A stretch of DNA of 64,000 nt from Octopus vulgaris (lineage: Eukaryota), in the NCBI GenBank assembly GCA_951406725.2, contig OX597820.1, positions 47,988,001 through 48,052,000 on the forward strand. Direction: 5' to 3'. Under the pieces are notes generated by a model. It was not told the origin of the DNA, made no database searches, and was given only the letters and a program-made list of their open reading frames with translations. How positions within the stretch are numbered: position 1 is the stretch's first letter; each line of letters opens with the position of its first letter. The position numbers were made by a program, and so were the translations under genes. Shown one piece after another: positions 55,902 to 64,000 of the stretch.

Positions 55902-56608
55902 GCGAGTGTCGCGTTGCTCTCAAGCAACTCTGCCATCCTGGGTCGACCTTAAGTGACTTCAACACAACCAAAGTATTCTATAGGGGTTTAGTGGAGGGGA
56001 GGTACGACGACGAGCTCGGGGCGAACCTGGACGTCGACGAGGAGTACCTGACCCGCCTGTTCAGGACGACTTTCGGGCCAGGGCCCATGGACAACTTCCA
56101 GAGATCCCTGGCCTGGCAGTGCTACCGAGAAGCGCTACCCGTTCGGGATAAGCTCTACAGACATGGCTCGAGAAACACGGGGCCGACCTGCCCGAGATGC
56201 GGTCAGAGCGACGAAACCGTTCTGCACGCACTCGTTCAGTGTCCAACAATTTCCGACCTGTGGGCTTATGTCGAACAACTGCTGTCACGTGTGGGACGAG
56301 TCGGTTTATCAGCTGAGTCTATCGTCAATATTGTCACGCCTCCTTCCTTCAAACGGGAAGGAAGAGCTATTTTCATCATCCTTGTGGCTATGGCGAAAGA
56401 ATGTATCTGGTGGACGCGTCTGAAAGGATTGGAGACAAACACTTTCCTCTCTGGTCAATCTCTCATCAACTTCTTCAAGTACCACTTGAAAAGGAAAGTG
56501 AGAGTAGAGAGGCAAGTTTTGTCTAGCGAATGTTTTAAAAAAAGATGGGTGAATGTAGCAAGAATGGTACGTATGAATGACGAAGCCACCTTGAGCATAG
56601 TCCTATGA
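55901..56608 (+). CDS. C-terminal part of LINE ORF2 (zf-RVT / CCHC region), partial
   Basis: Frame open from 55901: TTKVFYRGL...LAWQCYREALPVRDKL...CPRCGQSDETVLHALVQC...AKECIWWTR. Confidence 0.8.
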
Positions 56609-56987
56609 ACCCAGAAATCGAAAACAGAGAGTTGCTTATTTGCAAAAAAAAAAAAAAAGAAATATAAAATGTGACATCATTGACCGAGGTTACCGTGGTC
56701 TTTTCCGTAGGCTTTTCTTTGCACGGGTAAACCTCACCTGTCCTCCCCTTTACACTTCATATTGACATTTCTGTGATAACGATCCCTATTGATCAATTTT
56801 TTTCCTCCCCCCTTTTTTTAAACCCCCCTTTTTTTGTCCTCTTTCTCTCCTTTTACGATCCCTTTTGATCGAAACTCCCCCTTCCTTTTTTTTTTTTTTT
56901 TTTTTTTTTCTTAAACCTTCAAAAGAAAAGCTCTACCTTGTAATTTGTTCTATCTGTGTGCAGCCCTGTGTGGCTAATAAAGAAACA
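55901..56987 (+). mobile_element. Young 5'-truncated Tx1/L1-group LINE inserted in (TATC)n
   Basis: GC/CpG-rich island; uninterrupted ORF end; pyrimidine-rich 3' UTR; AATAAA at 56976; (TATC)n on both sides. Confidence 0.85.
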
Positions 56988-57042
56988 TATCTATCTATCT
57001 ATCTATCTATCTAGCTGTCTGTCTGTCTTTGTACGCATATAT

Positions 57043-57083
57043 TTGTGGGTGGTTTGGTAGACGGAAACTGAAAGAAGCCCGTC

Positions 57084-57117
<34 letters not shown>

Positions 57118-57342
57118 GTGTGTGTGTATGTATGTGTATATGTTTGTGTGTCTGTGTTTATCCCCCAACATCGCTTGACAACCGATGCTGGTGTGTTTAC
57201 GTCCCCGTAACTTAGCGGTTCGGCAAAAGAGACCGGTAGAATAAGTACTAGGCTTACAAAGAATAAGTCCTGGGGTCGATTTTCTCGACTAAAGGCGGTG
57301 GTCCAGCATGGCCACAGTCAAATGACTGAAACATGTAAAAAA
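57043..57342 (+). mobile_element. SINE family B lacking the head
   Basis: TTTGGTAGACGGAAACTGAAAGAAGCCCGTCG...AAATGACTGAAAC. Confidence 0.9.
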
Positions 57343-57735
57343 AATATGTACATACTCCCTGTATACGCGCGAGCCAATGAAAATAAACAACTATACATAT
57401 CAGCAGTGATCCTATTATTTAGTGATGCCAGGGTTTATCAAGATTTTCAAGGCGTTTAGATTGTGATAACAAAGCTGTTTCTGGTCGGCATGTTAGTCCG
57501 GCGCAAGATTAACCTCTAAGTAGAAGAGGTACTAATTTTAAATTGAGTGTAGTGGAGTAATAAGAAGTGATGTCCCTTTCTCAAGGACAAAAAAACACTG
57601 CTCATTCGGAGATGGTAAGTAATCCCAATACTCTAACCACCAGGTCCCACACCTTCAGAAACATTTACACATGAACTTATGAACAGAATACGTGTTTACA
57701 CACACACACACACACACACAAGCACATGTATGTGA

Positions 57736-57777
<42 letters not shown>

Positions 57778-59411
57778 CATGTATATAGAATTGTATTTTC
57801 TGTAATTTGATATTTTTAACTCTGAACTGCCCGACCCCGCTAATTAATATAAGTAATACCTTACTTGCTCTGCGTTGAAAAGAGGTTTTCTGTTTTGTTT
57901 GAGTTTTTCCTTATGCTATACTATACTAAATATTTCGAATTTAATGTCTCTCGCTCTATCCAAACCACAATTTTTCTTCTTCTTTGAACTAAAGTCGCAG
58001 CTGGTGATATACAACGTGCCTTGAGTGTTTTAAACTTGGTGAGCCTATCCTTTTTTAAGTCAAAACACATCCAGTTTCTTCAAAATATATATAAAAAAAG
58101 AGCCACAATACTAGTCTCGTAACGGCCTTGACAGCATAAAATCAGAGTTAAACTCGAGTTGATTTGATCTCAAGGAGCTGGGGTTCATACGGTAATTCTA
58201 CCTCCCGCTGTAGCAACCCCATCAGCTTGTTGCTTTTTTGCAAAGCAATATATTATTATATCATGTAACAGACTAATTCCCTGTAAGATTTTTGTTACAT
58301 ACAAAATGATTAAATGTTTCCCTATTTTTCTCACTTGTAACCTATATAAGGAGGTTATATAAGAAAAATGCCTTCCAATCTTTCTGAGTTCCTTACTCAT
58401 ATTTCTAAAATTCGTTATTGTACGTTAATGATAGAAGACGTTTTACCGGAATCTAAGTTACGGTTTCAGTATTCTTGACGTTTTTTTACGTGTTATTCAA
58501 AGTATTATAGATTTCACACTGACGAGTTTTGTCTTTATCTACTACTAATGCATTTTTTCCTTCGAGATCTTTTCGAGTTTCTCATTCATTTTTTGTGTTT
58601 TTGTTTTAGATTCCATCAGATTTCCTACCATCTACGATTCATTCATCTTCCATTTATTCTAAATTCCTTTCCTTCTTATCCTGTTTTCTGTTCTATAATA
58701 CCAAAACAACTATTACAAAAAACTACAAAAACAACAACAACAAATATGTACGTATGCTAGCAATAACAACACCAACATCGACAGCAACATCTCTAATACC
58801 CTGTGAGGATGACAACTGGACCAGCTGATTGTGGTAACACCACAATTCCCATCATCCTTTGCCACCACTACAGAAGCAACGTTTTTTTCATCATCATCGC
58901 AAACACCGTAAACAAGACAATGCCTTTTGCTAAGGCCTACAACATTGGACGAAACCCTCTTGTAAGTTAAGAGACAGTCAAGCGAAAGCGCATAGCGTGT
59001 ATTTCAGAAGGAAGTCGGTTGTCAGGTTTAGAGATGCTGAGATGCATCTCGCTGTTATTGAGCCAAAAGAGACCCGCATAGGCATATGGTTTTCACATCG
59101 TCATCATAGTCTCAAATATCGCTAGATTTCGAGTTGGTCAGTACTATGCTAAGGGAATATAAAGGAGAAGCAGGAGTATACTTTAACCAGGAGAAGTCGA
59201 TGGGTGTGCAACTATGCGATTAGATACATTAATATACATACATCAGCGTAAACGTTACGCTGTGCAGATAAGATGCATAACGTCTACTGTGATCAGATCT
59301 CCAGAACGACGGAAGACAGGAAGCGGGATATAGTAACGAAAATGGTAGCTAGTGCTTACTTTTAATGGTCATAAAGAGAGTTGTCAGTAAACGTTCAGAT
59401 AAAGGAGAAGA

Positions 59412-59452
<41 letters not shown>

Positions 59453-59702
59453 CTCTGTTATTTATTCTGTTCTGGCGATAATTCCTTTTGAAGTTTTCAT
59501 TTGACTACTGGAGAGTTGTGGAAGTGGCACGTTTCATTGGCCAGAATGCCCTACTGCGAAAAGACTTCTACACGACGTTGGTGATTATGTACACAGTAAA
59601 GATACGACATTGCAGAAATTTCCAGACAGTAAGAATGTGTGATTGCTGCTTAGCAAATATACTTCTCCATAAATTATCCCGTTGAATAGCTACACTTCTG
59701 AA

Positions 59703-59776
<74 letters not shown>

Positions 59777-59798
59777 ATAATAATAATAATAATAATGA

Positions 59799-59995
59799 TG
59801 TACTGAGAAGAGCACTATCGCTGTGAAAATAACATCCATCCATGAATTTATTTATTTATTAATTTTTAAATACATATTTTATCTGTGAATTTGCTCGTGT
59901 AATCTGGGAATGCATACAATGCCCTTCTCTGCCCTAGGTGTATGGAAAACACTCGGCGAGAAACGGAAGAAAATTTGAAGAAAGAAGGAAAAAAC
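59799..59995 (+). mobile_element. Extreme 3' end of R4/Dong-like element (same family as 1353-2020) inside (TAA)n
   Basis: LRRALSL* plus UTR matching the reverse complement of 1353-1545; (TAA)n on both sides. Confidence 0.85.
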
Positions 59996-60643
59996 ATAAT
60001 AATAATAATAATAATATCAGCAGCAGCAGCCTCATCAACATCATCATCATCATCATCAACAACAACAACAACAACGACAACAGCAATAATTCTGGGAGTT
60101 TCAAGAAAAAATTACAAAAACAATGGGCGTTTGCGTTGAATAAATTAAACCATCTCTGTGTAACTTGAGAGTATGCGCCTAAATAGGGGAGTCTCCTTTC
60201 TGGTTAACTCTGTTACTAGAATCTCATAGTAAGAAAGCTTTTGTATTAATTTTAGCGATGCACTCTCGTCTGTTGGCACGTATATTTCGGTTAAGGAGGC
60301 ATTTGATTTCTGGCATCTTCTAGGTTATAGTATAAGTGTAATTTTCTGAAGCCGTTTCTGGTGTGATTGTAGCACCAGCTTTCTGTTAGTATTTTATAAT
60401 ATTAGCCAGTATTGCATTGTATGAATGTTCCAGCTCAATAACGCCTGTAAACATAATATTTCTTTATTAAAACTGGGCTACCAGTAACAAGGTAGCCAAT
60501 TGCTTTTGCACTATCTCCACAAATTCAGTTGTTACTTTACAACCATATTGACTGAGCAAGCAAATGAAATGCAGTGTAATGCTAGTGAAACGATGGAAAA
60601 TGTTAATTCTTTACGGCTAAGTCTTTTTCCCTAGCAATTGAAT

Positions 60644-60680
60644 CAACAACAACGACAACAATAACAACAACAGCAATAAC

Positions 60681-60770
<90 letters not shown>

Positions 60771-60783
60771 GGTGGTGGTGGTG

Positions 60784-60864
<81 letters not shown>

Positions 60865-60876
60865 ATAATAATAATA
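60644..60876. repeat. Compound trinucleotide array (AAC)(AAT)(AGT)(GGT)(AGT)(AAT)
   Basis: Direct reading. Confidence 0.97.
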
Positions 60877-61794
60877 GGAATTTTTTTCTTGTATGCTTCT
60901 GTTTCTCATTTGATTGTGTGTGCATATGTGAGGGGCTTAATAGCCGGATGAATGTAGCGAATGATGTACATACGTATAGATGGATGGCTTTATTTGTGAT
61001 TAGCTGACATTAATTTCTCTTAGCTAATCAGACATTAGTATTCCTGGGATTAATTCTTAGTTTCGTGTGGATTCCCTGAGATCCAATTGTTATTGTTACA
61101 GATCTGTTGCCTAGAGACTAACATCATGTGCATTAATCCACTGATCTAAGATGTCATAATAAATTGAAAAGAATAAAAGCTTCAATAAATTAAATAAAGT
61201 ATTTCCCAATTTTCTTCAGTTCTCGTGAAAAATGATATTTTGTTTATTACATTCGTTGATACAATGAAGACCATAAAATACATCTTGCTTAATTTGAGAA
61301 TTAAATATTTTAACGGAAATTATCAAATTTATCAAATAATTTGATAAATAAAGGAATTTAAGAGTGGTATTTATTTTGGCAGGGAAAAGGAGTTAGTTAA
61401 TGAGTGTTTGTTGTTGCTCCGGTTGTTGTTGATGTTTAACCTCTTATCAGTTCAGTTTGAGCATAGCTTAAGCAAGCAGTCGATCGAATGATCGACGAAT
61501 CCCATTGAAATATTTGTCCATTTGCAAAATAGTAGAGTGGAATTTGAAGGAGATTTGATTTCCTGTTGTAACACAGACGCCTCCAGCTTTGTTTCGTTAT
61601 ACATTGGTAACTGTATTATTGTATATCAGAATTTTAACAAAACTGAAGTTTTTTTGTCTTCAATCAGTAAGTGTTATTTCCAATTTGCCATTATCTAGAA
61701 ATCAAAGGAAATGACCACTATTCCTTACAAACTTTGGTTTTGTGACCTGAACAAAGTTTTTGAAACTGGCCTATTTCATTCAACTCTGAGTTGC

Positions 61795-61985
61795 TGAAGC
61801 AGAACTATCGTTGTAGCAAATATTCTGGTCAATGCCACAGATTTGCCTATCAGTTGCCTGCCTTTACCCACTTGAGCATGCCCTTTGATGGCTAGCAACA
61901 TATGCATCGTTGATCATGAGCAGGAGTAGTGGAGGAGCATCATAGCCTTGTGTTGATAGAGGTTCCTCAGGGTTTGAATAATTGT
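61795..61985. repeat. Unclassified dispersed repeat (partner of 16175-16585)
   Basis: Collinear similarity to ~16195-16355. Confidence 0.6.
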
Positions 61986-62011
61986 AACAAAAGCGAAGCC
62001 TGAAGGAAATA

Positions 62012-62225
62012 TTCTCTTTTCTCTTTTAATTGTTTCAGTCATTTGACTACGCCCATGTTGGAGCAACGCCTTTAGTTGAGCAAATCGACCCCAGGACTTA
62101 TTCTTTGTAAGCCTAGTACTTATTCTATCCGTCTCTTTTGCCGAACCGCTAAGTGACGGAGACGTAAACAGACCAACATCGGTTGTCAAGCGTAGTTGGG
62201 GGGACAAACACAGACACACGCATAT

Positions 62226-62283
<58 letters not shown>

Positions 62284-62440
62284 TGCGGGCTTCTTTCAGT
62301 TTCCGTTTACCGAATCCACTCTCAAGGCTTTGGTCGCGTCGAGGTTATAGTAGAAGACACCCGGCGCCACGCAGTGGGAATTAACCCAGAACCATGTGGT
62401 CGGTAAGCAAGTTACTTACCACACAGCCACTCCTACGCTC
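62012..62440 (-). mobile_element. SINE family B, full length
   Basis: Complete family match. Confidence 0.9.
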
Positions 62441-63069
62441 TAGTGTTAAGCAAATAGAAAATAACTAATGCTACCCGGGACAATGATCGTGTCACATAGT
62501 GTTATCAGAGGTTGTGAGTACATATTCAATGGGTCGCTAAATTTTGCAGATTAGAGATGTGGATAAGATGACACGGGGCAGCAATACATGAACCGCTATA
62601 TGAAAATCATGAATCGAATTGCACAAATACTTTCTCAATGAGTATGACTCCGTATGTCATATCTCAAACGGGGTAAATCTATACATACGTATTTTTTTCT
62701 ATTTCGATGCAGTTCCATATTGCTCACAGTAAAACAAGTATAGTCCATTCGACATGCTCCCCCATAGTTTCAGTTAACAGTTTCATTCTAAATGTAACCC
62801 AGAATACGATAAGAGATAATCAGAAAAGTTGCGAAACCTGATCGAACTGGAGATGTAAATGCATAGCAATCTTCATATACACTGGCTCATACATAGTTGT
62901 ATCAACTACCTCCATCCACTTCTACCTGTCTGTCTCAGACTATTTCTCTCTCTCTCTCTCTCACTCCTTCTTTCACCCGTTTGCACACTTAGAACATACA
63001 AACATAAGCTTATAACACACACACACACGCAAACACAAACACAATCACACATAATAAACACACGCATGT

Positions 63070-63363
63070 GGAGGCACATGGCCTAGTGGTAAGAACAGCG
63101 GACTTGCGGTCAAGGAATCGCGGGTTCGAATCTCAGACCTGGCGAGGTGTGTGTTTATGAGCGAAACACCCATGCTTCACGCGGCTCCGGCAGAAGGTAA
63201 TGGCGAACGTCTGCTGACTCTTTCGCCACAACTTTCTCTCACTCTTTCCTCCTGCATCTTGCAGCTCACCTGCGACGGACCCGGCGTTCTGTCCAGGTGG
63301 GGAATCTATACGCCAAGGAAACCAGGAAACTGGCCCTAATGAGCCAGGCATGGCTCGAGAAGG
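63070..63363 (+). mobile_element. tRNA-derived SINE family D with V/Meta-like central motif
   Basis: TGGCCTAGTGG (A box), GGTTCGAATC (B box), CCTGCGACGGAC..GTCCAGGTGGGG. Confidence 0.75.
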
Positions 63364-63737
63364 CACATACACACACACACCATCGCGTGTTCTAATAGTT
63401 CAGATGATCAGAACAGCTTGCTCTTGAGGTTAATGTGGAAGTGGGCGAGCAGTCCACAGACAGCAATACCCCCAACGTAGTTCTCAGCGAGATCCAACGT
63501 GACACAGATTGTGAAAAGGATAACCGTTTGAATTACAGGTACTACTCATTTTTGTCGCCTAAGTGGACTGAAAACGAATGCAAAAACTTATAATCATGAG
63601 CCAAATAACCCTAACTGCTAAGACACGTGGAGGGAGAGGAATATGTCCATTTAAGATGCGAAACTTTTTCAATAAATAAACTATCGCAATTTTGTAATGT
63701 CACCAAAAGATCTCTACCAAATATATTCACATCATAT

Positions 63738-63768
<31 letters not shown>

Positions 63769-64000
63769 GTATGTCTAAGTATCTACCTATACATCTCTTT
63801 ATTTGTAAATAGAGACAGATACACACACATATGTATATATACTTACGTAAAAACAGGACAACAAAACAAAATTCGCCTCTTAGATATACATGTCCTCTCT
63901 TAATTTTTATATTTATACACATACGAACTTACATACATACATACATATATACGTATATATGCATACATATTTACATACATATATGCATACATATGTATGT

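Overview
AT-rich, microsatellite-saturated eukaryotic DNA. The repeat content resembles a cephalopod (Octopus-like) genome; this is an inference, not a database match. It is almost certainly intronic or intergenic. No complete host gene is visible (one candidate terminal exon at 25615-25708), and nearly all ORFs in the track are microsatellite artefacts or retroelement debris. Recognisable content: three clear and one doubtful decayed Penelope-like elements (RT + GIY-YIG), R4/Dong-like 3' ends next to (TAA)n, a young Tx1/L1-like 3' fragment inside (TATC)n, RTE and CR1/L2 scraps, more than 20 tRNA-derived SINE copies from 3-4 families, and several MITEs/foldbacks. The most notable hidden signal is RNA-level. 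At least six unrelated short repeat contexts carry type I hammerhead ribozyme motifs with palindromic helix III, including one fully canonical example at 22081-22171. One family couples a tRNA-like Pol III head to a hammerhead and forms the 3' terminal repeat of a Penelope element. A head-to-head palindrome of that family hosts a 364-bp tandem unit that appears to fold into a densely branched RNA (retrozyme-like candidate).
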